Source: Gammaproteobacteria bacterium (lineage in GTDB: Bacteria; Pseudomonadota; Gammaproteobacteria; Pseudomonadales; Azotimanducaceae). Taken from it: a stretch of 64,000 bases of DNA. Under the pieces are notes generated by a model. The model worked only from the letters and a program-made list of their open reading frames with translations. It ran no database searches and was not told the origin of the DNA. The position numbers and the translations under genes are program-made. Below, piece by piece: positions 47,294-57,380 of the stretch; the stretch's first letter is position 1; the number at the start of each line of letters is the position of its first letter. The stretch spans positions 144,764-208,763 of the forward strand of contig JAYPPR010000003.1 of the NCBI GenBank assembly GCA_038131595.1, in the 5' to 3' direction.

Positions 47294-47701
47294 TTGGTTC
47301 GCACGATCTCGATTCCAACGAGTGGGCGCGGGCTTATCGATATCTCCGAGCGGGTCGAGTCGATTGTTATGCAAGCGAGTCGGCCTACAGGCCTCTGCAC
47401 TGTTTTTGTTCGGCACACGTCCGCTAGCCTGCTCATTCAGGAAAACGCAGATCCTGCAGTGCTGGCTGACCTCGAACACTGGCTGGCTAAGTGGGTGGTT
47501 GATGGCGACCCTGTGTTTACTCATAGGGCCGAGGGTCCTGATGACATGGCTGCGCACATTCGCTCGGCGCTGACTCAGACCTCAATTAGCGTGCCCTACG
47601 TCAATCACCAGCTGATGCTAGGTACTTGGCAAGGGATTTATTTGTGGGAGCACCGTTACGCCCCGCATACCCGCGAACTCGCAATTCACGTCGCCGAGTA
47701 A
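47294..47701 (+). CDS. yjbQ: YjbQ/UPF0047 family (secondary thiamine-phosphate synthase) protein
   Basis: HTSASLLIQENADP and LGTWQGIYLWEHR are present. The protein is 135 aa with a TTG start. Confidence 0.85.
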   Translation: MVRTISIPTSGRGLIDISERVESIVMQASRPTGLCTVFVRHTSASLLIQENADPAVLADLEHWLAKWVVDGDPVFTHRAEGPDDMAAHIRSALTQTSISVPYVNHQLMLGTWQGIYLWEHRYAPHTRELAIHVAE

Positions 47702-47873
47702 AATCTTTAGTCCATCTGGTTGGCGAGTTGCCAAACGAGCCAAAAAATACCAAGGGGTAAAACGCTCTCGGCGGATCGCCAATTAAAGCCCTTTGACTAA
47801 AACTCGGGGATTAAAGTCCGTGGATTGCGATCTGGGGGATTCGCCGCGACCTGACTCCCCCATGAGCGTTACT

Positions 47874-49292
47874 CTACGCGGATTTTGCTGTGTCGGAGCC
47901 GTAAGGCGGTCCCATCTTCTTGGCCAGATTGGAGATCAATCGACTCTGTGAGTAGATCGACTTGGCGTGGCTGAAGTTTCTAAACCCATCGACACCATGA
48001 TAAGCGCCCATGCCGCTTGGTCCGACGCCGCCGAAAGGCAGATTTTCCTGGGCAACGTGCATGATCACGTCATTGAGGGTGACGCCTCCAGAGACCGTGT
48101 CGTCCAGTACTTGCCTAGTCTCATCGCTATCTGATCCGAAGTAATACAACCCGAGTGGTCGGTCGTGCTCGTTCACGTAATCAATGGTCTCGTCGATGTG
48201 ATCGTAAGTCTTGACCGGTAAAAGTGGACCGAAAATTTCTTCCTGCATGATTTTCATGTCCTCGCTGGGGTTCAAAATGAGCGTAGGTGGGATGCGATGG
48301 TGTTCTTGTTGGCTGAAATCCTCATCGCTCGGGTTAATCGTAATAACATCCGCTCCCTTAGCGGCTGCGTCCTCCAAGTAATCATTCAATCGATCGTAAT
48401 GCCGCTCGTTGATGACCGACGTGTAATCAGGGTTATCCTTGATCTCAGGGAACATCTCTCCAACAGCCGTTTGTGCTTCTTCAACAAAACGACTCAATTG
48501 CTCCTCGGGGACCATGGCGTAATCCGGCGCAAGACAGATTTGACCTGCATTCATCGTCTTACCAGCCATTACATTTCTCGCGGTCATCGCTAAATCCGCT
48601 GATCGTCCAACGATTACTGGCGACTTTCCGCCGAGTTCGAGAGTAACCGGGACAAGATTTTCAGCAGCGGCCCGCATCACGTGGCGAGCGACGGAGGTAG
48701 CTCCTGTGAACAATAGATGATCGAACGCTAAGCCTGAAAACGCGCTGCCAACATCAGGGCCTCCGGTGAATACTGCGAGCTCATCGGGATCAAACGCGGC
48801 TTCCAGCGTGGATTTCATCAACGCCGATGTGATTGGCGTGTACTCCGAGGGCTTAATCATGGTGCGATTCCCTGCGGCAAATATGCCCGCGAGTGGCGCA
48901 AAGGTCAGCTGAACGGGAAAATTCCAGGGGCTAATGCAGCCCACGACACCGAGGGGCTGAAACTCGATGCGGCAGCGACCACCCAAGAGCCCCATGGGAA
49001 AGCTTGCCTTTCTCTTTTCTGGCTTCATCCAAGTGGGGACGTTTTTAATAGCATCCTTGAGCGGTGTAATCGCGCCTTGAATATCCGTTAGCTTGGAGGC
49101 ATCGAGACTTCTGTTGCCAAAGTCCTCGCTCATCGCATCGCAAAAGGCGTCGCCATTCTGCTCGAGCACATTGACGGCTCGCCGAAGTCGATCAATTCGA
49201 AGCGCCGCGGAAACAGCGCCTCCTTTGATTTGGGCTTGGCGCTGCTGATGGAGGATGTCTTGCATCGTTTCGACGGTCGAGTTTTCGCTCAT
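47874..49292 (-). CDS. NAD(P)-dependent aldehyde dehydrogenase (coniferyl-aldehyde dehydrogenase-like)
   Basis: TLELGGKSP and the catalytic Cys context GQICLAPDY are present. The protein is 472 aa. Confidence 0.9.
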   Translation of the reverse strand: MSENSTVETMQDILHQQRQAQIKGGAVSAALRIDRLRRAVNVLEQNGDAFCDAMSEDFGNRSLDASKLTDIQGAITPLKDAIKNVPTWMKPEKRKASFPMGLLGGRCRIEFQPLGVVGCISPWNFPVQLTFAPLAGIFAAGNRTMIKPSEYTPITSALMKSTLEAAFDPDELAVFTGGPDVGSAFSGLAFDHLLFTGATSVARHVMRAAAENLVPVTLELGGKSPVIVGRSADLAMTARNVMAGKTMNAGQICLAPDYAMVPEEQLSRFVEEAQTAVGEMFPEIKDNPDYTSVINERHYDRLNDYLEDAAAKGADVITINPSDEDFSQQEHHRIPPTLILNPSEDMKIMQEEIFGPLLPVKTYDHIDETIDYVNEHDRPLGLYYFGSDSDETRQVLDDTVSGGVTLNDVIMHVAQENLPFGGVGPSGMGAYHGVDGFRNFSHAKSIYSQSRLISNLAKKMGPPYGSDTAKSA

Positions 49293-49376
49293 GGTGCGTT
49301 GTCCTGGTCTTAATACTGCGTAATTTTGCAGTATAGGCGGCCTTGAGCCAGCTGCAAACGCCGTCTCATGTTAGAG

Positions 49377-49555
49377 GTAGCGTCTTTTGTGAAAAGTAGC
49401 GTCTTTTGTTAGCAGACGAGTGCGAAAGGGGGTCATACCAGCCTCATCCCAATCGGAAAAGGCTCGTCACTGGGAAAAGACATGCCACCGGGAAAAGGCC
49501 AGTCAATGCGAAAAGACTGAGAAAAGGCAAAGCCGCTGAAAAAGGTTCGCGTGAT
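49377..49555. repeat. composite repeat region: 14-bp direct repeat (gtagcgtcttttgt x2) followed by about six degenerate 18-bp units with GGAAAAGRC core
   Basis: Read directly: cggaaaaggctcgtcact / gggaaaagacatgccacc / gggaaaaggccagtcaat / gcgaaaagactga / gaaaaggcaaagccgct / gaaaaaggttcgcgtgat. Confidence 0.6.
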
Positions 49556-49656
49556 GCTGGCACTATCGCGCTAGGTGGCTAACAACACGATCAATACGCG
49601 TTATCGAAAGATTTGGCTGCGCCCAATGATCAAGCCGAGAGAGTGCCTTGAATGCT

Positions 49657-50208
49657 TCAGGCGGCGTGAGTCACGGTTAATCGATAGACCAAGGCGGGCC
49701 ATTTTTTTCCATGGAGTGAGATGTCCTCATCGCGGATACCAATGAACTGAGCCCCGGACTTAATGGCTACTCTTTGACTTTTATCGTTGGTCGCCAGCAT
49801 CTTGATCTCTAACTGATCGATGCGATCTGATTGTCGTGCTGCGTCGATGACGGCGGATCGCTTCGCTAGCAAAACCCCTCCCCTCAGATGAGGATCGAAT
49901 CCAATAGCCTAAATTCCAGACCCCGTCTTCGCCAAGCGCACTTCCTCTATTTGTCACTGCGCAAGAGCCGATGAGATCGCCGGATAGCTGCTCGAAGGCT
50001 AGGAAATGGAACCCCAAGCCTTGCGCGGCGTCATATTCAGCCCCCGAGTCCACTTAACTGCATCTGACAGCGCGTATTCCGGGGTGCACCAGCTGAGGAA
50101 GCGCGACAAGGTTTCCACTGAGCCATTGATCGTATGAAATAGTGCAGGTGCATCTGCCTGGTTCGGAAGTCGAAGAATAAGCCTCTGCGTTCTTATCGAA
50201 GTGATCAT
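49657..50208 (-). pseudogene. GNAT (RimJ/RimL-like) N-acetyltransferase interrupted by two frame disruptions
   Basis: Three track ORFs tile one GNAT. The pieces are MITSIRTQRLILRLPNQADA...ALSDAVKW, then DSGAEYDAAQGLGFHFLAFEQLSGDLIGSCAV...NLGYWIRSSSEGRGFASEAI, then AVIDAARQSDRIDQLEIKMLATNDKSQRVAIKSGAQF. The first and third pieces share a frame. The total of 552 nt (184 codons) is consistent with one -1 and one +1 indel. Confidence 0.7.
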
Positions 50209-50304
50209 GGGTTCTAGTGTCCGATGAAAAATCCCCATGTGGGGACAATGGCGATCGTAGATAGTTTTGGTAAACTTGGCCGCTTTCTGGCGGGGGTGTA
50301 AACG

Positions 50305-51720
50305 TTGGGCAAAAACTTATATCAAAAGGTTTGGGACAGTCACGTAGTGGGTAGTCTCGCTAATGGGCAGTACCAAGTATTTATGGCGCTGCATCTCATT
50401 CATGAAGTGACCAGTCCTCAAGCGTTCGGAATGCTAAAAGATAAAGGCCTGAAGGTCGCCTATCCAGGGCGAACATTTGCGACTGTCGATCACATTATTC
50501 CAACCGATACCCAGGCACGACCACTCGCGGACGATATGGCGGAGCGAATGTTGCAGGTGCTTGAGTCATCAACCGCTGAACATGGCATCGAGTTTTTCGC
50601 GCCAGAGACGGGCTCACAGGGCATTGTGCATGTGGTGGGTCCAGAGCTTGGATTGACCCAGCCTGGGATGACGATTTGTTGTGGTGACAGCCACACCGCG
50701 ACGCACGGAGCCTTCGGCTGCATTGCACTGGGTATTGGGACATCGCAGGTCCGTGACGTGTTGGCAAGTCAAACGCTAGCCATGGATCCGTTGAAAGTGA
50801 GAAAGATTAATGTCAACGGTGCACTGAAAAAGGGAGTCACAGCAAAGGACGTCATATTGCACGTTATTCGTGTTTTGGGGGTCAACGGTGGTGTCGGGTA
50901 CGCGTACGAATACGCCGGCAGCACCATCACGAATATGACCATGGAAGAGCGAATGACCGTTTGTAACATGAGTATCGAAGGGGGGGCTCGCTGCGGATAT
51001 ATCAACCCTGATCAAACCACCTTTGATTACTTGAGTGGTAAAGAGCGTGTTCCCACTGGCGCTGAATTTGATGCCATGAAAGCCAGGTGGGCTAGCTTCG
51101 CGTCGGACGAAGATGCCCATTACGATGATGTGGTTGACTTTGATGCATCAGACATTGAGCCCACAGTCACTTGGGGTGTTACCCCAGCACAGGCAATTGG
51201 CGTCGGGGAGAGAATCCCAACCGCAGATACCGGTTCCGAGCTTGATCAAGAACTGGTTACCAGCGCGCTCGACTATATGAAGCTTCGTGCAGATGCACCG
51301 ATTAAAGGGACGCCTATTCAAGTTGCTTTCATAGGGAGTTGCACTAACGGACGCCTTAGTGACTTTGAGGCGGTAGCGGAGGTGATAAAAGGACATCAGG
51401 TTGCGTCCCACGTTCGAGCCATTGCTGTTCCTGGCTCTGAAAAAGTGGATGCCGCAGCCAGAGCGCTTGGGTTGCACGAGGTGTTCGAAGCGGCTGGTTT
51501 CGAATGGAGAAAGCCGGGCTGTTCGATGTGTCTTGCTATGAACCCTGATAAGTTGGTTGGAGACGAAGTGTGTGCGTCAAGCTCTAACCGAAACTTTATG
51601 GGAAGGCAGGGGTCGAGCACGGGTCGGACGATCTTGATGAGCCCGATCATGGTTGCAGCGGCTGCGGTGGAAGGCGCTGTCGCAGATGCTCGAGAGATAT
51701 TTGAATTGGAGGCAGTATGA
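50305..51720 (+). CDS. leuC: 3-isopropylmalate/(R)-citramalate dehydratase large subunit
   Basis: [17 protein letters not shown] and GSCTNGR are aconitase-family LeuC motifs. The start is TTG. Confidence 0.9.
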   Translation: MGKNLYQKVWDSHVVGSLANGQYQVFMALHLIHEVTSPQAFGMLKDKGLKVAYPGRTFATVDHIIPTDTQARPLADDMAERMLQVLESSTAEHGIEFFAPETGSQGIVHVVGPELGLTQPGMTICCGDSHTATHGAFGCIALGIGTSQVRDVLASQTLAMDPLKVRKINVNGALKKGVTAKDVILHVIRVLGVNGGVGYAYEYAGSTITNMTMEERMTVCNMSIEGGARCGYINPDQTTFDYLSGKERVPTGAEFDAMKARWASFASDEDAHYDDVVDFDASDIEPTVTWGVTPAQAIGVGERIPTADTGSELDQELVTSALDYMKLRADAPIKGTPIQVAFIGSCTNGRLSDFEAVAEVIKGHQVASHVRAIAVPGSEKVDAAARALGLHEVFEAAGFEWRKPGCSMCLAMNPDKLVGDEVCASSSNRNFMGRQGSSTGRTILMSPIMVAAAAVEGAVADAREIFELEAV

Positions 51721-52304
51721 GCGAACTGAGCAAGATTGCTGGTCGAGGCGTCTATGTAGCCGGCAACGACATTGATACAGATCGCATTATCCCGGCGCGG
51801 TTTCTCAAGTGCGTGACGTTTGATGAATTAGGACCTTCGCTTTTTTTCGACGAGCGGTTTGACGCCAATGGCGAATCGAAGGATCACCCCTTAGACGCCA
51901 CTCAGCACGAGGGTGCTTCGATTCTGATCTCGGATGCCAATTTTGGTTGTGGCTCCAGTCGCGAGCATGCCCCGCAGGCGATTCAGAAGTTTGGTATCAA
52001 CGTGGTTATCGCTGAAAGCTTTGCAGAAATTTTCCACGGCAATTGCACGACGTTAGGCATACCCTGCTTGCAAATGGCTGCCGAACCTCGATCGGAACTC
52101 GCGAGGTTGATCGAGTCCGAGCCTGGCGAGGAACTGATGGTCGATTTAGAAGCCCTCCAAGTGGTGTATCTAAACCAATCTTTCCCGTTCTCTATGAAGC
52201 CGAGTGCGCGAGAGGCCTTCTTGGCAGGAACCTTTGACCCATTAGATGAGTTGTTGGCTAGTCGAGAGGCTATCTCGGCTGTGGATGCCCGGTTAAGCGC
52301 ATGA
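51717..52304 (+). CDS. leuD: 3-isopropylmalate dehydratase small subunit
   Basis: [13 protein letters not shown] and [11 protein letters not shown] are present. Its start overlaps the leuC stop. Confidence 0.85.
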   Translation: MSELSKIAGRGVYVAGNDIDTDRIIPARFLKCVTFDELGPSLFFDERFDANGESKDHPLDATQHEGASILISDANFGCGSSREHAPQAIQKFGINVVIAESFAEIFHGNCTTLGIPCLQMAAEPRSELARLIESEPGEELMVDLEALQVVYLNQSFPFSMKPSAREAFLAGTFDPLDELLASREAISAVDARLSA

Positions 52305-53941
52305 CCGATCGAGACGTCACGCCGATAGAGATCTACGACACCTCCTTGCGTGACGGCAACCAGGGCGAGGGAGTCAACCTCAGTCTTGCCGATAAACTTG
52401 AGATCGCAGGCGTGCTCGATCGGCTCGGCGTTCCGTTCACCGAGGGCGGCTGGCCGGGATCCAATCCCAAAGATAGTGAATTTTTCTCAGCGGCGAGAGG
52501 TGAGGGGTATAGCACTATCAAAATTTCGGCGTTTGGCTCAACCCATCGTGCGGACTGCCTCCCTGAGGATGATCACTTCTTAAAACAGCTAGTTGATGCT
52601 CGCGCCGACGTGAGCTGTATTTTTGGTAAAAGTTGGTTGCTCCACGTCGACCAAGCATTGCGGGTGTCTGCAGCTCGCAATCTCGAAATGATCGCTGGCT
52701 CTATCCAATACCTGCGAGCCGAAACCGATAAACCGGTGTTCTACGATGCCGAGCACTTTTTTGATGGGTTCGTTTCGGATGAGGGATACGCGCTGGACAC
52801 GCTTAGAGCCGCCCATGAGGCTGGCGCAGACCGTCTGATATTGTGCGACACCAATGGCGGAATGCTGCCAAGTCAGATTACCGACGCTGTTAGTCGTGTT
52901 GCCGCCCACTTGCCTGACGCAGTCCTCGGTATACATGTTCATAACGATGGTGGACTAGCCGTCGCTAATTCGCTAGCAGCCGTTGAGGCAGGGGTGACCC
53001 AGGTCCAAGGAACCATGAACGGGATCGGTGAACGTTGCGGCAATGTTGATTTGACGGCTGTGATTGCGAACCTCGAGCTTAAATATGGTCGCCAGTGTTT
53101 GCCTTCAGGCAACCTCGCACACCTCACGTGGGTGTCGAGACGAGTCTGGGAATTGCTCGGTTATGACGGCCCGCTCGGACAGCCTTTTGTTGGGCCTTCT
53201 GCCTTCTCTCATAAGGGCGGTGTGCATGTCTCGGCTGTGTTGCGCAATCCAGAAACCTACGAGCACGTGTCGCCAGACAGCATCGGTAATGCCAGGAAAG
53301 TATTGATTAGTGAGTTGGCCGGGGGCTCCAACGTCCGGGCTAAACTTGCCAACCGATATGCCGATCTTGAGGATCCTGCGCGCACTAAAGCCATCCTTGA
53401 AGAAATTCAGGATAAGGAGCACGCCGGCTACAGCTTTGAGAAGGCGGATGGCAGTTTCGATCTGATTGTGCGTCGCCATTTGGGGCAGTTTCAGCCGCTG
53501 TTCGAGCCCCAGTTTTATCGCATCTATTCGCCGGGTAATGAAAATGCGGCTGATCAAAATGACCTTGATATTGCTGGAGCAATTGAGGCGTCGGTCAAGT
53601 TACGCATTGGAGATCAGGTTGAGTTGAGGGCCGCTGAGGGTAGCGGTCCCGTGGACGCGTTAAACCTCGCATTGCGAGAGGCGCTCACGCCTCACTTCCC
53701 CGAGGCAAGCGAGCTCAGGCTAACGGACTACGTTGTCAAGGTGGTTAATTCAACTGAAGAGACGGCCGCTCGCGTGCGGGTGTTGCTCGAGCATTCTTTT
53801 GAAGGCGAAACCTTCGGCACGGTGGGCGTCAATGTCGATGTCATTAAGGCGAGCTGGAATGCTTTGGTTGAAGCTTATCACTACGCATTGATTCGGAGTG
53901 CGGAGTTTAAACACGAGCAATCTTCCCTTAGTAAGCAATAG
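52301..53941 (+). CDS. cimA: citramalate synthase (CimA-type, LeuA-family)
   Basis: IYDTSLRDGNQGEGVNLSLADKLEIAGVLDRLGVPFTEGGWPGSNPKDSEFF, HVHNDGGLAVANS and GGVHVSAVLRNPETYEH match the long CimA (Geobacter-type) pattern as I remember it. Confidence 0.8.
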   Translation: MTDRDVTPIEIYDTSLRDGNQGEGVNLSLADKLEIAGVLDRLGVPFTEGGWPGSNPKDSEFFSAARGEGYSTIKISAFGSTHRADCLPEDDHFLKQLVDARADVSCIFGKSWLLHVDQALRVSAARNLEMIAGSIQYLRAETDKPVFYDAEHFFDGFVSDEGYALDTLRAAHEAGADRLILCDTNGGMLPSQITDAVSRVAAHLPDAVLGIHVHNDGGLAVANSLAAVEAGVTQVQGTMNGIGERCGNVDLTAVIANLELKYGRQCLPSGNLAHLTWVSRRVWELLGYDGPLGQPFVGPSAFSHKGGVHVSAVLRNPETYEHVSPDSIGNARKVLISELAGGSNVRAKLANRYADLEDPARTKAILEEIQDKEHAGYSFEKADGSFDLIVRRHLGQFQPLFEPQFYRIYSPGNENAADQNDLDIAGAIEASVKLRIGDQVELRAAEGSGPVDALNLALREALTPHFPEASELRLTDYVVKVVNSTEETAARVRVLLEHSFEGETFGTVGVNVDVIKASWNALVEAYHYALIRSAEFKHEQSSLSKQ

Positions 53942-54048
53942 TGTGCCCGCAGTACCCTCTCAATGAGTAGAGATCCGAGTATTACGATGATGAGTGTTAG
54001 CTCGATCCACAGCGTCTCGCGAATGTTCATCGTAATTGGCGGTGAAAG

Positions 54049-55075
54049 GTGAGTTCGGACGTCACTTGGGAGCAGCGGTGGCATCCTCTTTTGCGTCGTT
54101 GGGTAACCATCACGAGTCACCGGGGAGGCCGTCCCTGGGTTGGTCAAAACGCCGAGCCCGAGCATAGGGAGGGAGCCGCCTTTGATGCGGAGTGCTACCT
54201 GTGTCCAGGTAATGTCCGAGTCAGTGGACTTCAAAATCCTGATTATTCGAGCATCTATTGCTTTGATAATGATCATCCGGCGCTAGGCAAGGCCCCTCCA
54301 GCTTCAGAATCTCCGCACCCTCTTTATCGATCGATGGAAGCGTCCGGGCAGTGCCGCGTCATGTGCTATCACCCGCACCACAGTCGTCGATTGAGTGAAC
54401 TTGAGCTACATGAAATGGAGCAAGTCGTGCTCAGCTGGGCCCGTCAGACCAAAGAATTAACGGCCGCTGGGTGGGAACAGGTGTTTATTTTCGAAAATAA
54501 CGGATCAGTCGTTGGGGTCTCTAACCCGCATCCTCATTGCCAAATTTATGCGTTCCCTTTTGCGGTAGATGCGATACAGCGGGAAATAGAAGCGGCCAAG
54601 GCTCATTATGAGGAAGTAAAACGATCGCTCTTTGACGAGATCATAGAGGCCGAGCGCTTGGATGGCCGGCGGATGTTGCTCGATGAGCACGACTGGACGG
54701 TGTTCGTGCCCTATTTTGCTCAGTTTCCGTTCGAGATGATGCTGGTGCCGCACCGTTTTATGGCGACGCTTGCGGAGGCGACAGATGCGGAACTTAAGGG
54801 GACTAGCCTTTGCGCTTAAGGTTTCTCTTCAGCGGCTTGACCGGGTGCTGGGCCAAGCTCAGAGTTATATCCTCTCAGTTCACCAAGCTCCAAGTACATG
54901 GCAGCAAGCACAAGCGCCCGGCGTGTATTCAACTTACGTGCATATTCAGCCCTTCTTGCGCGCGCCCTCCCTGCAAAAATTTTTGGCAGGAATCGAGACG
55001 GCGGCGGGTCAGTTCCTAAATGATGCAGCCCCCGAGGAGCATGCCGATGCGCTGCGGCGTGTCGTACTAGCCTGA
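54049..55075 (+). pseudogene. galT: galactose-1-phosphate uridylyltransferase with a +1 frame disruption at a G4 run (54798-54801)
   Basis: ORF 54049..54819 carries the Zn motif CYLCPGN and the active site SNPHPHCQIY. ORF 54770..55075, in the next frame, carries the GalT C-terminus (GLAFALKVSLQRLD...YVHIQPFLRAPSLQKFLAGIE). The span of 1027 nt is 342 codons plus 1 nt. Confidence 0.8.
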
Positions 55076-55270
55076 CAAGTGCGACGCCGAACCGATTTTC
55101 TTTGGAGGCTGTTTCCTATATGGTCCAGAGTCGTCGCTTCTAGATGACAACGGCTTTACTCAGGCGTAAACAGTCGCAAATAATCGCAAAAGCCATCCAT
55201 CAATAGTGATTGTTGTGGCGTAGGCGGCAGACAAGGACACGAGATAACCAAAAGGCAGAGGATAGAAACG

Positions 55271-56278
55271 ATGAAGGTAGATACTCACCTAACCCAAGAT
55301 TGGAAGAAAATTCCTGAGCACATTCAACGCGTTGAGGCCGAGGGCTATGATGGCGTTGGCACTGCCGAAATGAACCACGATCCATTTTTCCCGTTACTGA
55401 TTGGTGCTGAGCATAGTGAGCGGGTTGAACTTCGGACCGGAATTGCGGTTGCGTTTGCCAGGTCGCCTATGACCATGGCGAATCAAGCCCATGATTTGAA
55501 CGCCTATTCAAAGGGGCGATTTACACTTGGACTCGGTTCCCAAATTCGCGCCCACATTACCAAACGATTCTCAATGCCATGGGGCGCACCGGCCGCACAG
55601 ATGCGCGAACTCGTTTTGGCGATGCGAGCAATCTGGGCCAATTGGTATGACGGCGAGCCTCTCCGGTTTGAAGGAAAGTATTACCAGCACACGCTAATGA
55701 CGCCCGCATTTACGCCGGAAGACACCGCTTATGGGGCACCCAAGGTGGTGCTTGCTGCAGTGGGACCCATCATGACCGAAGTCGCTGCGGAGGTTGGAGA
55801 TGGCTTAATTATCCATCCGTTCTCAAACGAGAAGTATATCCGCGAAGTGACGCTGCCCGCGGTAGAGAGAGGGCTGGCAAAGGCTGGCAAGCAGCGGAAG
55901 GATTTTGAAATCAGCTACACCCCTTTTGTTGTGTCTGGTAAGGATGAACAAACCTTTGATGCTGAGAAAGCGACTGCGAAAGCGAGGATCTCGTTTTACG
56001 GTTCGACACCTGCCTACAAACAGGTGCTTGGTGTGCATGGTTGGGGCGATCTTCAGGTCGAGCTGAACGCGATGTCAAAGCAGGGACAGTGGAAAGAGAT
56101 GGCAGACCTCATTACAGATGACATTCTTGATGTGATGGGCGTTGTTGGTGAGCCAGATCAGGTCGTTAAGGAAATGTTAGCTCGCTATGGCGATTTCACA
56201 GATCGGACAAGTGGCGCGTTTTCTTTTGTTGACACTGAGCAGCGCGTGAACATGGTGTCGGCGTTAAGAGCAGGCTGA
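55271..56278 (+). CDS. LLM-class (luciferase-like) flavin/F420-dependent oxidoreductase, distinct subfamily from the other two
   Basis: MKVDTHL...VEAEGYDGVGTAEMNHDPFFPL...GRFTLGLGSQIRAHITKRFSMPW is present. The gene ends 1 nt before mtnA. Confidence 0.85.
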   Translation: MKVDTHLTQDWKKIPEHIQRVEAEGYDGVGTAEMNHDPFFPLLIGAEHSERVELRTGIAVAFARSPMTMANQAHDLNAYSKGRFTLGLGSQIRAHITKRFSMPWGAPAAQMRELVLAMRAIWANWYDGEPLRFEGKYYQHTLMTPAFTPEDTAYGAPKVVLAAVGPIMTEVAAEVGDGLIIHPFSNEKYIREVTLPAVERGLAKAGKQRKDFEISYTPFVVSGKDEQTFDAEKATAKARISFYGSTPAYKQVLGVHGWGDLQVELNAMSKQGQWKEMADLITDDILDVMGVVGEPDQVVKEMLARYGDFTDRTSGAFSFVDTEQRVNMVSALRAG

Positions 56279-56279
56279 C

Positions 56280-57338
56280 ATGACAACCACTCCGTCGTTG
56301 CCAAGAAGCATTATTCCTTCTGCCACGCAGCTTCGCATTCTGGACCAGCGGCGGCTGCCCGCGGAAACGACTTATCTGGACTGCACCACAACTGATAGCG
56401 TGATCGATGCGATTAAGACGCTGGCTGTTCGAGGTGCGCCAGCCATCGGGCTTGCGGCAGCCTATGGATTGCTGCTTGGTCGGACGGCGGGTCAGGGTCC
56501 GGATGAAACCCTGTCTCAGTTTGAGGCTGCGGCGAGCGCTTTGATTGCGGCAAGGCCAACGGCCGTTAACCTTGCCTGGGCGGTGGAGCATATGATGGCG
56601 TGTGTCCGGCACGAGCATCGAAATGCCTTTCCAGAGGGGTGGGCCGATCGCCTAAAGGCGGAGGCTGATCAACTGTTTGACGCTGACCGCCAAGCCTGTT
56701 TGACGATGGGTAAGATTGGCGCCGAGCTTATTCCTCACGGCGGCAGGGTCTTGACGCACTGTAATGCTGGTTCGCTTGCGGTGTCTGAATTTGGAACGGC
56801 ATTGGCGCCGATTTACGCGGCTCACGCTGGCGGAAACCCCGTCCACGTGTTTGTCGATGAGACGAGGCCATTGCTACAAGGCTCGAGATTAACCGCGTTT
56901 GAACTCATGGCCCACGAGGTGCCTTGCACATTGATCACCGACAACATGGCGGCACATGTGATGGCGACGCACCAAGTGGACTTGGTCATTGTCGGCGCCG
57001 ACAGAGTGGCCGCCAATGGTGATGCGGCCAACAAAATAGGAACGCTAGGTGTCGCCGTATTGGCAAAGCATTTCAAGATTCCATTTTATGTGGTGTGTCC
57101 TTACTCGACCGTGGATCTTAGAACCTCGCGAGGAGCAGATATCGAGATAGAAGAAAGAGCACCCTCAGAGGTTCGAGAGGTGTATGGCGTCCAAGTGGCA
57201 CCGCGAGACGTTAACGTATTTAATCCGGCGTTTGACGTTACTCCAGCTGAGCTTATCTCGGGGATCATCACAGAGCGGGGGCTGATATCAGGAAACCTCT
57301 CGGAGGGACTTGCCCAGCAAAATGAGGGATATCAGTGA
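56280..57338 (+). CDS. mtnA: S-methyl-5-thioribose-1-phosphate isomerase (or 5-deoxyribose-1-P isomerase of the same family)
   Basis: LRILDQRRLP, VRGAPAIG, HCNAGSLA and VGADRVAANGDAANKIGT are present. Confidence 0.9.
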   Translation: MTTTPSLPRSIIPSATQLRILDQRRLPAETTYLDCTTTDSVIDAIKTLAVRGAPAIGLAAAYGLLLGRTAGQGPDETLSQFEAAASALIAARPTAVNLAWAVEHMMACVRHEHRNAFPEGWADRLKAEADQLFDADRQACLTMGKIGAELIPHGGRVLTHCNAGSLAVSEFGTALAPIYAAHAGGNPVHVFVDETRPLLQGSRLTAFELMAHEVPCTLITDNMAAHVMATHQVDLVIVGADRVAANGDAANKIGTLGVAVLAKHFKIPFYVVCPYSTVDLRTSRGADIEIEERAPSEVREVYGVQVAPRDVNVFNPAFDVTPAELISGIITERGLISGNLSEGLAQQNEGYQ

Positions 57339-57380
57339 CAGAGCGAGAGGGCGTCATTAAATACTCGCTCGATTTCACGG

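Noticed and set aside
46390-47557. Minus-strand ORFs of 169 aa and 205 aa overlapping the crotonase and yjbQ genes
   Set aside because: They lie entirely antisense to genes with strong family motifs. Their composition is Arg/Ser/Pro-rich, as is typical of antisense frames in GC-rich DNA.
49406-49582. 58-aa highly basic ORF (TTG start) with GKRxxx hexapeptide periodicity across the 18-bp repeats
   Set aside because: It has no SD and a weak TTG start. The periodic basic sequence is explained by the GGAAAAGRC DNA repeat. I keep it only as a remote alternative reading of that repeat region.
53881-54276. 131-aa minus-strand ORF spanning the cimA/galT junction
   Set aside because: It overlaps the ends of two recognisable plus-strand genes. 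It has no SD or family resemblance.
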